In this document: positions 1 through 12,681 of the stretch, piece by piece
Layout: each line of letters opens with the position of its first letter
How positions within the stretch are numbered: position 1 is the stretch's first letter
Assembly: GCA_028826165.1 (NCBI GenBank)
Contig: JAPDFW010000011.1
Span: forward strand, 682,001 to 746,000
DNA length: 64,000 nucleotides
From: Anaeramoeba ignava BMAN
Taxonomy: Eukaryota; Protista; Anaeramoebae
Direction of reading: 5' to 3'
Made by a program: the position numbers and the translations under genes
The notes under the pieces: generated by a model
Databases searched by the model: none
Told to the model about the DNA's origin: nothing
What the model saw: the letters and a program-made list of their open reading frames with translations, nothing else

Positions 1-218
1 AAAAATTAAAATAAAAAAATTTAATTAAAATATTTAATCAATTTTATATTAATATTTATTTTAATATATTTTATATATATTTATAAATATTTATTTTATT
101 AAAAATAAATAAAAATAAATAAAAAAAATTATTTTAATTAATATTCAATATATTTTTATTTTTATAAAAATTTTCCTTTTTCATTTTTCATTTTTCTTTT
201 TCATTTTTTTTTTATAAA

Positions 219-2459
219 ATGAGTCAAAATGTTGAAAAGATTCTTAAAGAAATTCATGCTTCAAGAAAAGATTTACTACACATTTATAATTATATAAAAT
301 TATTAGAACAAAAAATGGAGACATTAAAACAAGAGAATGAAGTATTAAAAAAAGAATTACTAAAAGAAAGAAATGAAAAAAAAGAAATAAAACCAAAAGA
401 AGATGAAAATGAGAATGAAAATAAAAAACAAATTATAAGTCAAGAAGAAAATGAAAAAAATGAAGATAAAATTCCAGATGATTTTGAATTTACTGAAAAT
501 GACTCAACTTTTGTCAATCCAAAAAAAGAATCAAAATCAATAGAAAAATCAAATGAAAAATCAAAAGAAAAATCAAAAGAAAAATCAATAGAAAAATCAA
601 AAGGAAAATCAAATGGAAAATCAAATGAAAAATCAAAAGGAAAATCAATAGAAAAATCAAAAGAAAAATCAAAAGAAAAATCAAAAGGAAAATCAATAGA
701 AAAATCAAATGAAAAATCAAATGAAAAATCAAATGAAAAATCAAAAGAAAAATCAAAAGAAAAATCAAAAGAAAAATCAAAAGGAAAATCAAAAGGAAAA
801 TCAAAAGGAAATAAAGATAATGTAGTAAAAACACACAAAAGCCATCATCACAAAAAACGTAAAAATAAGCAAAAAAATCAAAATCAAAATGAAAATGAAG
901 ATGAAAATGAAAATGAAAATGAAAATGAAAATGAAAATGAAAATGAAGATGAAAATGAAAATGAAAATGAAGATGAAAATGAAAATCAAAAAATATCAGA
1001 AAAAATAATTCCGTTTTATACATTAGAATCAAAAGAAATTGCTAATACATTAAAAAGAATAATAATGCAAATCGCAGTTGATATCAAAGCAATTAAAACT
1101 CATGAAGATTTTCAAAACCCAATTCTTCTGGCTGAATTTATTAATTCAATCAATCCATCAATTCAAATGAATTTAATAGATAATGAAGAAAAAGAAAAAA
1201 GTATTCAATTAATTTTAACAACAGCACAGTCATTTGGATGCCAAATACAACATATTTCACCTGAAAGTTTTATTAATAGCAAAATTCATTTAATTGATTT
1301 TGCATATGAAATTTCCAAAGTGAAGATATTTAATTTTTTTCCTTCAAATTTTCCTGATTTAGTTTGTATTTTCCAAACAAAGTTGCCAACAAAATCCAAA
1401 AAAAGAATAGATAAAATCACTGAATTAGTTCATGATCTTTATGATAAAACACCAGAAAAGGTTATTTTCGATTTATGCGAATATTTTCTTCACAAACCAT
1501 TGGAAAATCCTCTCTTGGATATTTCCAATCCAGAAAATTTAGCCAAAATTATAAACACTCGTTCAAAAAATTCAGTCAAAATTAGCAAAAATGATAATAT
1601 TGAATTAAAAGCAAAAAAAATCATGGAAGCTTTGAAAAAACTGAAATCGAGAAGATATATAAATGAAAAATCAATCGTTTCAAGCTCTTTTTATCTTAAT
1701 TTATTATTTCTATTAAAATTCTTTTCAAAAAAATTAACAATTAAAAGTGAATTAAAAAAAGAAGATAAAGAATTAATTGAGAAAATTTGTGAAGAAAAAG
1801 AAGCAAATATTCAATGGACAAATGAAAAAACTTATCGTTTATGGATAACTCATATTCTCCAATTGAATTCCAATCATATTTCGAATTGGAAACAAGAAAT
1901 TGAAAATTGCACTTTGTTATTCAAAGCAATAAACAAAATTGATTCCAAAAAAATTGAATGGAAAAAAGTAATTCAACAGAATTCGAATATAGAATCAATT
2001 AAACAAAATCAAACCTATTTTTCTTCTCTTGGTTTTCAATTTTCTGAAGAAAATCTATCAGAAAATATTTGGCAAGTTATTCTTTTTTATTATCAAAAAA
2101 AACTCAAAATTTCAAAAAAGAAACATATCCCAAAAATTCAAAAAGAAATTGATAAATTAGCAAAATCAACTTTGAAATCTGAATTATTGAAATCATACAA
2201 AGAGAAACTATCAAGTCTTTCAGAAAAAACACAGTTTTATTTTGCTCTTTTCGATTCAATTATTCAAAAAACTATTGATTTGGAATTGATTAATAAATCA
2301 GATGAAGATCAAAATGAAGAACTTGGTTATTTATTTTATTTGGTTAATTTAATTAGAAAATTTGGTGGATTAATCCTTTTTCAACCAAAAGACCTTTTAC
2401 AAGAAAATGCTCAATTAGAAACAATTTTAAAAGCTGAAATTTTATTATTAAAGAAATGA
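219..2459 (+). CDS. Degenerate fimbrin/plastin-like protein (four calponin-homology domains) with N-terminal coiled coil and KSKE/EN low-complexity region
   Basis: 746-aa ORF. Segments follow the fimbrin CH1-CH4 order: 'PILLAEFINSINP...SIQLILTTAQSFGCQIQHISPESF' (CH1), 'DKTPEKVIFDLCEYFL' (CH2), 'EKTYRLWITHIL...LLFKAINKIDSKKIEWKKV' (CH3), 'YLVNLIRKFGGLILFQPKDL' (CH4). Recognised by eye only. Confidence 0.6.
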   Translation: MSQNVEKILKEIHASRKDLLHIYNYIKLLEQKMETLKQENEVLKKELLKERNEKKEIKPKEDENENENKKQIISQEENEKNEDKIPDDFEFTENDSTFVNPKKESKSIEKSNEKSKEKSKEKSIEKSKGKSNGKSNEKSKGKSIEKSKEKSKEKSKGKSIEKSNEKSNEKSNEKSKEKSKEKSKEKSKGKSKGKSKGNKDNVVKTHKSHHHKKRKNKQKNQNQNENEDENENENENENENENEDENENENEDENENQKISEKIIPFYTLESKEIANTLKRIIMQIAVDIKAIKTHEDFQNPILLAEFINSINPSIQMNLIDNEEKEKSIQLILTTAQSFGCQIQHISPESFINSKIHLIDFAYEISKVKIFNFFPSNFPDLVCIFQTKLPTKSKKRIDKITELVHDLYDKTPEKVIFDLCEYFLHKPLENPLLDISNPENLAKIINTRSKNSVKISKNDNIELKAKKIMEALKKLKSRRYINEKSIVSSSFYLNLLFLLKFFSKKLTIKSELKKEDKELIEKICEEKEANIQWTNEKTYRLWITHILQLNSNHISNWKQEIENCTLLFKAINKIDSKKIEWKKVIQQNSNIESIKQNQTYFSSLGFQFSEENLSENIWQVILFYYQKKLKISKKKHIPKIQKEIDKLAKSTLKSELLKSYKEKLSSLSEKTQFYFALFDSIIQKTIDLELINKSDEDQNEELGYLFYLVNLIRKFGGLILFQPKDLLQENAQLETILKAEILLLKK

Positions 2460-2540
2460 TTCAAAATTTAATTCAAAAACTCAAAAATTTTTTTTCATTT
2501 TTTTTCTTTTCAAAAAATAAAAATAAAAATAAAAAAAAAA

Positions 2541-4302
2541 ATGAATGAAATTATATTTTTTGGTCAAAATCAATTCCCAAAACTTATTAAAAATGAACCA
2601 GATGAAATAACAAAACCAATTCAATTTAAATTTGAAAATGAAAATGAAAATGAAAATGAAAATGAAAAACAAATTAAACAAATTTCATCAGATTATTTTT
2701 CAACAATTTTCCTTTTTGAAAATGGAAAAGCAATAGAATATTTAAGTGAAAATGATTCAAATCAAAATCCTCATAAAATTCAAATTGAAAATATTCAAAA
2801 AGTAACTGTTGTTGGTAACAATCAAGCTATTTTAACAATAGAAGGAAATGTATTTGCCAAAGGAAAAGATATTAATCCAGAAAATCCAAAAGAATTTATC
2901 AATATTTCATCATTAATTGAAGATACAAATGATAGAATAATTCAAGATATTATTTTCTCTGCTAATTCAATTTACTTATTAAATTCAAATCAAAATGCTT
3001 ATGGAATTGGTTCAAATAAATATGGTCAACTTGGTTTTGGTTATGAAACACTTGAACAAACAGAAAAACCAATTTTAATGATGAAAAATGTTTCTAAAAT
3101 ATTTTCAGGAAATTTTTCATTATCAGTTTTTCTTTTAAATTCAAATCAAGAATTATTTGGATCAGGAAACAATAATGATGGTGAACTTGGATTAGGAGAA
3201 TCAATCAAAGAAACAAAAATCCAAAAATTAACCAAAATCACAAAATATTCCAAAAGGCAAAATAATTGATATTCAATGTGGGCTTTTTCATTCAATAATG
3301 TTGATTGAAGAAGAAGATGGAAAAAGAAAACTTTATTCATGTGGAGATTCCAACTACAATGGACTTGACAAAAATACTTATGAATTTACTGAAATCAAAT
3401 CATCTTTATTTGAAAATGATGATAATATTCTTGAGATTTCTTGCGGAATTAATCATACTTTGATTTTAACTTCCAATTCAAAATTGATAGTATTTGGAAA
3501 TAATTCCTATCACGAATTAGGAACTGGAGATACAAAAAATCAATTAATTCCAATTCAAATTGAACTTCCTAAATTAAGATTTAATGAAGATATTTCTAAT
3601 TATCATCTTTCTTGTGGATTTTATAATTCATTTCTTTATTATTCTCCTTTTCTTTCTTCTTTTTCCAATCTTGAAGAAGATTTGATAAAATTATTTGGAA
3701 GAAAAGAATTTTGTAATATTTCATTTAAAACCAAAAATGGAGAAATAATCAAAGCTCATAAATTAATATTGAAATATAGATTAAATGAAAATCAAAATCA
3801 AATTGAAAAACTCCAAGAAATTATTTCAAATAAATCAATTAAAGAATCAAATCAAATATTTGAAATGATTTATTCAAACAGAATAATAAATCCAAAATTA
3901 TATTCTGAAATTAAAGAAATTATAAATTCCAATGAAAAAATTGAAGAAACAATGAAAAGAATTTATTTAAATGAAAATGAAAATGATTTTATTATCGAAA
4001 GAAAAGAAAAACAATATAAATTTCCCAAATTAATATTAATAATGAGAAGTGAATTATATCGAGGAATGTTTTTATCTGTAACAGAAGATACTTCTAATAA
4101 AGTTACAGATTATAGTGAATTGAGTAATAAATCATTTCAAATATTTGAATATTGGATTTATTCAAATCAAATTAAAGATGAAATTGAAATTACACAAGAA
4201 ATTATTGAAGAAATTAAAACAGGAATTGATTATTTTCAATTAAATCAAAGAAATCCAAATTTATTTGATTTATTAATTAACAAATTTAATAATCAAAATT
4301 AA
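2541..4302 (+). CDS. RCC1-repeat beta-propeller + tandem BTB/POZ-like protein (frameshift near 3240)
   Basis: ORFs 2541-3269 and 3298-4302 are the two halves. RCC1 motifs GxNxxGQLG and CGxxHTLIL; C-terminal BTB-like halves 'FCNISFKTKNGEIIKAHKLILKYR' and 'FPKLILIMRSELYRGMF'. Confidence 0.85.
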
Positions 4303-4548
4303 AATTAAAATTAAAATTAAAAATTAAAATCAAAATTAAAATCAAAATCAAAATTAAAATTAAAATTAAAATTAAAATTAAAATTAAAATTAAAATTAAA
4401 ATTAAAATTAAAATCAAAATCAAAATTAAAATCAAAATTAAAATTAAAATTAAAATCAAAATTAAAATCAAAATTTAAATCAAAATTAAAATTTAAATTA
4501 AAAATTAAAATTAAAATTAAAATTAAAATTAAAATTAAAATTAAAATC
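4298..4548. repeat. (AAAATT/AAAATC)n hexamer microsatellite between convergent genes
   Basis: Directly visible tandem hexamers starting at the stop codon. Confidence 0.95.
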
Positions 4549-4589
4549 ACTTTCTTCTTCTTTTTCTTCTTAATTTTTATTTTGAATGT

Positions 4590-6422
4590 TTAAAAAATTA
4601 AACATTTTTCTTGATTTTCTTTTTTTTTGGTTTTGATTTGATTATTAAATTTGTTAATTAATAAATCAAATAAATTTGGATTTGTTTGATTTAATTGAAA
4701 ATAATCAATTCCTGTTTTAATTTCATCAATTATTTCTTGTGTAATTTCAATTCCATTTTTAATTTGATTTGAATAAATCCAATATTCAAATATTTGAAAT
4801 GATTTATTACTTAATTCACTATAATCTGTAACTTTATTTGAAGTATCTTCAGTTACAGATAAAAACATTCCTCGATATAATTCACTTCTCATTATTAATA
4901 TTAATTTTGGAAATTTATATTGTTTTTCTTTTCTTTCAATAATAAAATCTTTTTCATTTTCATTTTCATTTAAATAAATTCTTTTAATTGTTTCTTCTAT
5001 TTTTTCATTGGAATTTATAATTTCTTTAATTTCAGAATATAATTTTGGATTTATTTTGGAATTATTTGAATAAATCATTTCAAATATTTGATTTGATTCT
5101 TTAATTGATTTTTTTGAAATAATTTCTTGGAGTTTTTCAATTTGATTTTGATTTAATCTATATTTTAATATTAATTTATGAGCTTTGATTATTTCTCCAT
5201 TTTCTGTTTTAAATGAAATATCACAAAATTCTTTTCTTCTAAATAATTTTATCAAATCTTCTTCAAGATTGGAAAAAGAAGAAAGAAAAGGAGAATAATA
5301 AAGAAATGAATTGTTAAATCCACAAGAAATATGATAATTAGAAATATTTTCATTAAATCTTAATTTAGGAAGTTTAATTTGAATTGGAATTGGCTGATAT
5401 CTTTTTGTATATCCAGTTCCTAATTCACCAGAATAGTTATCTCCAAATATAATTAATTTTGATTTGGATGTTAAAATCAAAGTATGAACACTTCCACAAG
5501 AAAAATCAAGAATATTATCATCATTTTCAAATAAAGATGATTTGATTTCAGTAAATTCATAAGTATGTTCACCTATATTTTTGCCAAGTCCATTTAAATG
5601 ATAAGCACCACATGAATAAAATTTTCTTTTTCCATCTTCTTCTTCAATCAACATTACTGAATGGTCAAATCCACATTGAATATCAATTATTTTACCTTTT
5701 GGAATATTTTGGATTTGGGTTAATTTTTGGATTTTTGTTTCTTTGATTGATTCTCCTAATCCAAGTTCACCATATCTATTAGACCCACATCCAAATAATT
5801 CTTGATTTGAATTTAAAAGAAAAACATGATTTGAAGAATTTCCTGAAAATATTTTAGAAACATTTTTCATCATTAAAATTGGTTTTTCTGTTTTTTTAAG
5901 TGTTTCAGAATCAAAACCAAGTTGACCATTTTCATTTGAATCAAATTGGCTATAACCAAATCCATAAGCATTTTGATTTGAAGTTAATAAATAAATTACA
6001 CTAAATCCACAAATAATATCTTGAATTATTCTATCATTTGTATCTTCAATTAATGATGAAATATTGATAAGTTCATTTGGATTATTTGGATTAATATCTT
6101 TTCCTTTGGCAAATACATTTCCTTCTATTGTTAAAATAGCTTTATTATGATAACTAACAGATACTTTTTGAATATTTTCTTCAATTTGGATTTTTTCAGG
6201 ATTTTTAATAAAATATATTTCACTTAAATATTCTATTGCTTTTCCATTTTCAAAAAGGAAAATTGTTGAAGAAATTCCTGTTGAAATTTGTTTAATTTGT
6301 TTTTCATTTTCATTTTCATTTTCATTTTCAAATTTAAATTGAATTGGTTTTATTATTCTAACTGGTTTCTTTTTGATAAGTTTTGGATCATCATTTTGAC
6401 CAAAAAATAAACAATCATTCAT
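4590..6422 (-). CDS. RCC1 + tandem BTB protein, intact, polybasic tail ending in CaaX (CLIF)
   Basis: 610-aa uninterrupted ORF with RCC1 and BTB motifs; ends KTKKKENQEKCLIF*. Confidence 0.9.
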   Translation of the reverse strand: MNDCLFFGQNDDPKLIKKKPVRIIKPIQFKFENENENENEKQIKQISTGISSTIFLFENGKAIEYLSEIYFIKNPEKIQIEENIQKVSVSYHNKAILTIEGNVFAKGKDINPNNPNELINISSLIEDTNDRIIQDIICGFSVIYLLTSNQNAYGFGYSQFDSNENGQLGFDSETLKKTEKPILMMKNVSKIFSGNSSNHVFLLNSNQELFGCGSNRYGELGLGESIKETKIQKLTQIQNIPKGKIIDIQCGFDHSVMLIEEEDGKRKFYSCGAYHLNGLGKNIGEHTYEFTEIKSSLFENDDNILDFSCGSVHTLILTSKSKLIIFGDNYSGELGTGYTKRYQPIPIQIKLPKLRFNENISNYHISCGFNNSFLYYSPFLSSFSNLEEDLIKLFRRKEFCDISFKTENGEIIKAHKLILKYRLNQNQIEKLQEIISKKSIKESNQIFEMIYSNNSKINPKLYSEIKEIINSNEKIEETIKRIYLNENENEKDFIIERKEKQYKFPKLILIMRSELYRGMFLSVTEDTSNKVTDYSELSNKSFQIFEYWIYSNQIKNGIEITQEIIDEIKTGIDYFQLNQTNPNLFDLLINKFNNQIKTKKKENQEKCLIF

Positions 6423-6482
6423 TTTTGAAAAGAAAAAAATGAAAAAAATGAAAAATGAAAAATGAATTTTAATTTTGAATTC

Positions 6483-8369
6483 TTAAAAAATAAAGCAATT
6501 TTCTTTTTCGTTTGATTTTGATTTTGATTTTGATTTTGATTTTGATTTTGATTTTAATTTTGGTTTTGATTTTGATTTTATTATTATTTTTGTTATTTTT
6601 GGGTTTGTATTTTGATAATTAAATTGTTGAATTAATAAATCTAATAAATTCGGATTTGTTTGATTTAATTGAAAATAATCAATTCTTATTTTAATTTCAT
6701 TAATTATTTCTTGTGTAATTTTAATTTCTTCTTTAATTTGATTTGAATAAATCCAATATTCAAATATTTGAAATGATTTATCACTTAATTCACTATAATC
6801 TGTAACTTTATTAGATTTATCTTCAGTTACAGATAAAAACATTCCTCGATATAATTCACTTCTCATTATTAATATTAATTTGGGAAATTTATATTGTTTT
6901 TCATTTCTTTCAATTATAAAATCTTTTACATTTTCATTTAAATAAATTCTTTTCATTGTTTCTTCTATTTTTTCATTTAAATTTATAATTTCTTTAATTT
7001 CAAAATATAATATTGGATTTATTATTCTGTTTGAATAAATCATTTCAAATATTTGATTTGATTCTTTAATTGATTTATTTGAAATAATTTCTTTAAGTTT
7101 TTCAATTTCATTTTGATTTTCATTTAATCTGTATTTCAATATTAATTTATGAGCTTTGATTATTTCTCCATTTTCTGTTTTAAATGAAATATCACAAGAT
7201 TCGTTTCTTCTAAATAATTTTATCAAATCTTCTTCAAGATTGGAAAGAAAAGGAGAATAATAAAAAAATGAATTATAAAATCCACAAGAAATATGATAAT
7301 TAGAAATATCTTCATTAAATCTTAATTTAGGAAGTTCAATTTGAATTGGAATAGGCTGATATTTTCTATCTCCAGTTCCTAATTGATAATAAGAATTTCT
7401 TCCAAATCCAATTAATTTCCCTTTTGTTGTTAAAATCAAAGTATGTTCATTTCCACAAGAAACTTGAAGAATATTATCATAATCATTTTCAAATAAAGAT
7501 GATTTGATTTCAGTAAATTTTCTGATATTTTGGGTTTTGCCAAGTCCATTATATTTATTATCTCCACATGAATAAAGTTTTCTTTTTCCATCTTCTTCTT
7601 CAATCAACATTATTGAATGAAATCCTCCAGATTGAATATCAATTATTTTACCTTTTGGAATATTTTGGATTTGAGTTAATTTATTGATTACTATTTTGTT
7701 TGATTCTCCTAATCCAAGTTGACCATATTCGTTATATCCGCATACAAATAATTCTTGATTTGAATTTAAAAGAAAAACGTGATTTGAAGAACAATTTCCT
7801 GAAAATATTTTAGAAATATTTTTCATCATTAAAATTGGTTTATCTGTTTTATAAAGTGTTTTAGAATCAAAACCAAGTTGACCAGATAAATTTGAGCCAA
7901 TTCCATAAGCATTTTGATTTGAAGTTAATAAATAAACTGATTCAGCTCCAGAAACAATATCTTGAATTATTCTATCATTTGTATCTTCAATTAATGATGA
8001 AATATTGATAAATTTATTTTGGATTTTTTGGATTAATATCTTTTCCTTTGGCAAATACATTTCCTTCTATTGTTAAAATAGCTTCTTTTTCAGAACCAAA
8101 AGTTACTTTTTGAATATTTTCTTCAATTTGGATTTTTGAGGATTTTTTGAATGTTTTGAATATTCTATTGCTTTTCCATTTTCAAAAAGGAAAATTGTTG
8201 AATAATCACTTGTTGAAATTTGTTTAATTTGTTTTTCTTTTTCAAATTTGTTTTTCATTTTCATTTTCATTTTAATTGGTTTTTTTATTTCATCTGGTTC
8301 ATTTTTGATAAGTTTTGGTTTTTGATTTGAACCAAAAAATAAAATTTCTTTCTTTTTCTTTTTATTCAT
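6483..8369 (-). CDS. RCC1 + tandem BTB protein (frameshift in A-run near 8135), KS-repeat tail ending in CaaX (CFIF)
   Basis: ORFs 8103-8369 and 6483-8060 join into a full paralog; ends [17 protein letters not shown]. Confidence 0.85.
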
Positions 8370-8404
8370 TTTTTGAAATCAAAAATGAAAAACGAAAAAA
8401 ATGA

Positions 8405-8770
8405 ATTTTTAATTTTTAATTTTAATTTTTAATTTTAATTTTAATTTTAATTTTAATTTTAATATTTTAATTTTGATTTTAATTTTAATTTTAATTTTAA
8501 TTTTAATTTTAATTTTAATTTTAATTTTAATTTTAATTTTAATTTAATTTTAATTTTAATTTTAATTTTAATTTTAATTTTAATTTTAATTTTAATTTTA
8601 ATTTTAATTTTAATTTTAATTTTAATTTTAATTTTAATTTTAATTTTAATTTTAATTTTAATTTTAATTTTAATTTTAATTTTTAATTTTAATTTTAATT
8701 TTAATTTTAATTTTAATTTTAATTTTAATTTTAATTTTAATTTTAATTTTAATTTTAATTTTAATTTTAA
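8405..8770. repeat. (TTTTAA)n hexamer microsatellite
   Basis: Directly visible; lies 3' of the 8767 gene. Confidence 0.95.
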
Positions 8771-10549
8771 TTTTGATTATTAAATTTGTTAATTAATAAA
8801 TCAAATAAATTTGGATTTGTTTGATTTAATTGAAAATAATCAATTCCAATTTGAATTTCTTCAATTATTTCTTGTGTAATTTTAATTTCATTTTTAATTT
8901 GATTTGAATAAATCCAATATTCAAATATTTGAAATGATTTATTACTTAATTCACTATAATCTGTAACTTTATTAGAAGTATCATTTGTTACAGATAAAAA
9001 CATTCCTCGATATAATTCACTTCTCATTATTAATATTAATTTGGGAAATTTATATTGTTTTTCTTTTCTTTCAATTATAAAATCTTTTTCATTTTCATTT
9101 TCATTTAAATAATAAATTCTTTTCATTGTTTCTTCAATTTTTTCATTGGAATTTATAATTTCTTTAATTTCAGAATATAATATTGGATTTATTATGGAAT
9201 TGTTTGAATAAATCATTTCAAATATTTGATTTGATTCTTTAATTGATTTTGTTGAAATAATTTCTTGAAGTTTTTCAATTTGATTTTCATTTTGTTTTAA
9301 TCTATATTTCAATATTAATTTATGAGCTGAGATTATTTCTCCATTTTTGGTTTTAAATGAAATATTACAAAATTCTTTTCTTCTAAATAATTTTATCAAA
9401 TCTTCTTCAAGATTGGAAAAAGAAGGAGGAGAATAATAAAGAAATGATTTGTTAAATCCACAATAAATATGATAATTAGAAATTTCTTCATTAAATCTTA
9501 ATTTAGGAAGTTTAATTTGAATTGGAATTGATTGATAATTTGTTGTATCTCCAGTTCCTAATTGACTTGAAAAATTACCTCCAAATCCAATTAATTTTGA
9601 TTTGGATGTTAAAATCAAAGTATGAAGATTTCCAACAGAAAAATCAAGAATATTATCATCATTTTCAAAAAGATGATTTGATTTCAGTAAATTCATAAGT
9701 ATCTTCATTTTCATCTTTGCCAAGTCCATTATATCGATAATCTCCACATGAATAAAATTTTCTTTTTGGATTTTCATTTTCATCTTCAATCAACATTATT
9801 GAATGAAACCATCCACATTGAATATCAATTATTTTACCTTTTGGAATATTTTGGATTTTGGTTAATTTTTGGATTTTTGTTGCTCTGCTTGATTTCCCTA
9901 ATCCAAGTTGACCATATTCAGTATATCCGCATCCAAATAATTCTTGATTTGAATTTAAAAGAAAAATATGAGCTGAAGAAATTCCTGAAAATATTTTAGA
10001 AACATTTTTCATAATTAAAATTGGTTTTTCTGTTTTTGAAAGTGTTTTATAATCAAAACCAAGTTGACCTTTTTCATTTGAACCAATTCCATAAACATTT
10101 TGATTTGAAGTTAATAAGTAAATTGAACTATCTCCAGAAACAATATCTTGAAATATTCTATCATTTGTATCTTCAATTAATGATGAAATATTGATGAATT
10201 TATTTGTATTTTTTGGATTAATATCTTCTCCTTTGGCAAATACATTTCCTTCTATTGTTAAAATAGCTTCATTTTGATAACCAACAGATACTTTTTGAAT
10301 ATTTTCTTCAATTTGGATTTTTGGAGGATTTTGATTTGAATCATTTTCATTTAAATATTCTATTGCTTTTCCATTTTTAAAAAGGAAAATTGTTGAAAAA
10401 TAACCTGATGAAATTTGTTTAATTTGTTTTTCATTTTCATTTTCATTTTCATTTTCAAATTTAAATTGAATTGGTTTTTTAATTGAATTTGGTTCATTTT
10501 TGAAAAGTTTTGGAAATTCATTTAAACCAAAAAATAAAATTTCATTCAT
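8767..10549 (-). CDS. RCC1 + tandem BTB protein (frameshift near 9670)
   Basis: ORFs 9665-10549 and 8767-9789 overlap at 'EIKSSLFEND'; paralog motifs complete. Confidence 0.85.
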
Positions 10550-10726
10550 TTTTGAAAAGAAAAAAATGAAAAAAATAATTTTTAATTTTTGATTTTAATT
10601 TTAATTTTAATTTTAATTTTAATTTTAATTTTAATTTTAATTTTAATTTTGATTTTAATTTTAATTTTAATTTTAATTTTAATTTTAATTTTAATTTTAA
10701 TTTTGATTTTAATTTTAATTTTAATT

Positions 10727-12492
10727 TTAATTTTGATTATTAAATTTGTTAATTAATAAATCAAATAAATTTGGATTTGTTTGATTTAATTGAAAATAAT
10801 CAATTCCAGTTTCTAATTCATCAATGATTTCTTGTGTAATTTGAATTTCATCTTTAATTTGATTTGAATAAATCCAATATTCTAATATTTGAAATGATTT
10901 ATTACTTAATTCACTATAATCTGTAACTTTATTAGAAGATTTATCTTCAGTTACAGATAAAAACATTCCTCGATATAATTCACTTCTCATTATTAATATT
11001 AATTTAGGAAATTTATATTGTTTTTCTTTTCTTTCAATTATAAAATCTTTTTCATTTTCATTTAAATAAATTCTTTTCATTGTTTCTTCAATTTTTTCAT
11101 TGGAATTAATAATTTCTTTAATTTCTAAATATAATTTTGAATTTATTTTGGAATTGTTTGAATAAATCATTTCAAATATTTGATTTGATTCTTTAATTGA
11201 TTTATTTGAAATAATTTCTTTAAGTTTTTCAATTTGATTTTCATTTTGATTTAATCTATATTTCAATATTAATTTATGAGCTTCAATTATTTCTTCATTT
11301 TTGGTTTTAAATGAAATATCACAAAATTCTTTTCTTCTAAATAATTTTATCAAATCTTCTTCAAGATTGGAAAAAGAAGGAGAATAATAAATAAATGATT
11401 TGTTAAATCCACAAGAAATATGATAATTAGAAATATTTTCATTAAATCTTAATTTAGGAAATTCAATTTGAATGGGAATTAATTGATAATTTGTTGTATC
11501 TCCAGTTCCTAATTGACTTGAAAAATTACCTCCAAATCCAATTAATTTTGAATTGGATGTTAAAATCAAAGTATGAACATTTCCAACAGAAAATTCAAGA
11601 ATATTATCATTTTCAAATAAAGATGATTTGATTTCAGTAAATTCATAAGTATTTTCATTTTTTCCAAGTGCATTATATCGATAATCTCCACATGAATAAA
11701 GTTTTCTTTTTGGATTTTCATTTTCATCTTCAATCAACATTATTGAATGAAACCATCCACATTGAATATCAATTATTTTACCTTTTGGAATATTTTGTAT
11801 TTTGGTTAATTTTTGGATTGTTTCTTCTTTTCTTGATTTTCCTAATCCAAGTTCACCATAAGAATTATATCCGCATCCAAATAATTCTTGATTTGAATTT
11901 AAAAGAAAAATATGAGCTGAAGTATTTCCTGAAAATATTTTAGAAACATTTTTCATCATTAAAATTGGTTTTTCTGTTTTATAAAGTGTTTCAGAATCAA
12001 AACCAAGTTGGCCTTTTTCATTTGAACCAATTCCATAAACATTTTGATTTGAAGTTAATAAGTAAATTGAACTATCTCCAGAAACAATATCTTCAAGTAT
12101 TCTATCATTTGTATCTTCAATTAATGATGAAATATTGATAAATTTATTTGGATTTTCTGGATTAATATCTTTTCCTTTGGCAAATACATTTCCTTCTATT
12201 GTTAAAATAGCTTCATTTTGAAAACCAACAGTTACTTTTTGAATATTTTTTTCAATTTGGATTTTTTCAGGATTTTGTTTTGAATCATTTTCACTTAAAT
12301 ATTCTATTGCTTTTCCATTTTCAAAAAGGAAAATTGTTGAAAAATAACCTGATGAAATTTGTTTAATTTGTTTTTCATTTTCATTTTCATTTTCATTTTC
12401 AAATTTAAATTGAATTGGTTTTTTTATTTCATTTGATTCATTTTTGAAAAGTTTTGGGAATTGATTTGAACCAAAAATAAAATTTCATTCAT
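10727..12492 (-). CDS. RCC1 + tandem BTB protein (frameshift in T-run just after the start, near 12475)
   Basis: ATG AAT GAA ATT at 12492 matches the paralog starts; the frame continues into ORF 10727-11959. Confidence 0.85.
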
Positions 12493-12587
12493 TTTTGAAA
12501 AGAAAAAAATGAAAAAATGATTTTTGGAATTTTGATTTTAATTTTAATTTTAATTTTTATTTTGATTTTAATTTTTAATTTTAATTT

Positions 12588-12680
12588 TAAATTTATTAAT
12601 TAATAAATCAAATAAATTTGGATTTGTTTGATTTAATTGAAAATAATCAATTCCAATTTGAATTTCTTCAATTATTTCTT
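12588..12680 (-). pseudogene. Orphan 3'-terminal fragment of an RCC1-BTB gene (EIIEEIQIGIDYFQLNQTNPNLFDLLINKF)
   Basis: Near-exact copy of the last ~30 codons of the constant region, directly after the stop of the 12682 gene. Confidence 0.8.
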
Positions 12681-12681
12681 T

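Noticed and set aside
8405-8770. (TTTTAA)n tracts as interstitial telomeric repeats
   Set aside because: No G-rich strand, and they occur in many introns and 3' spacers; ordinary microsatellite.
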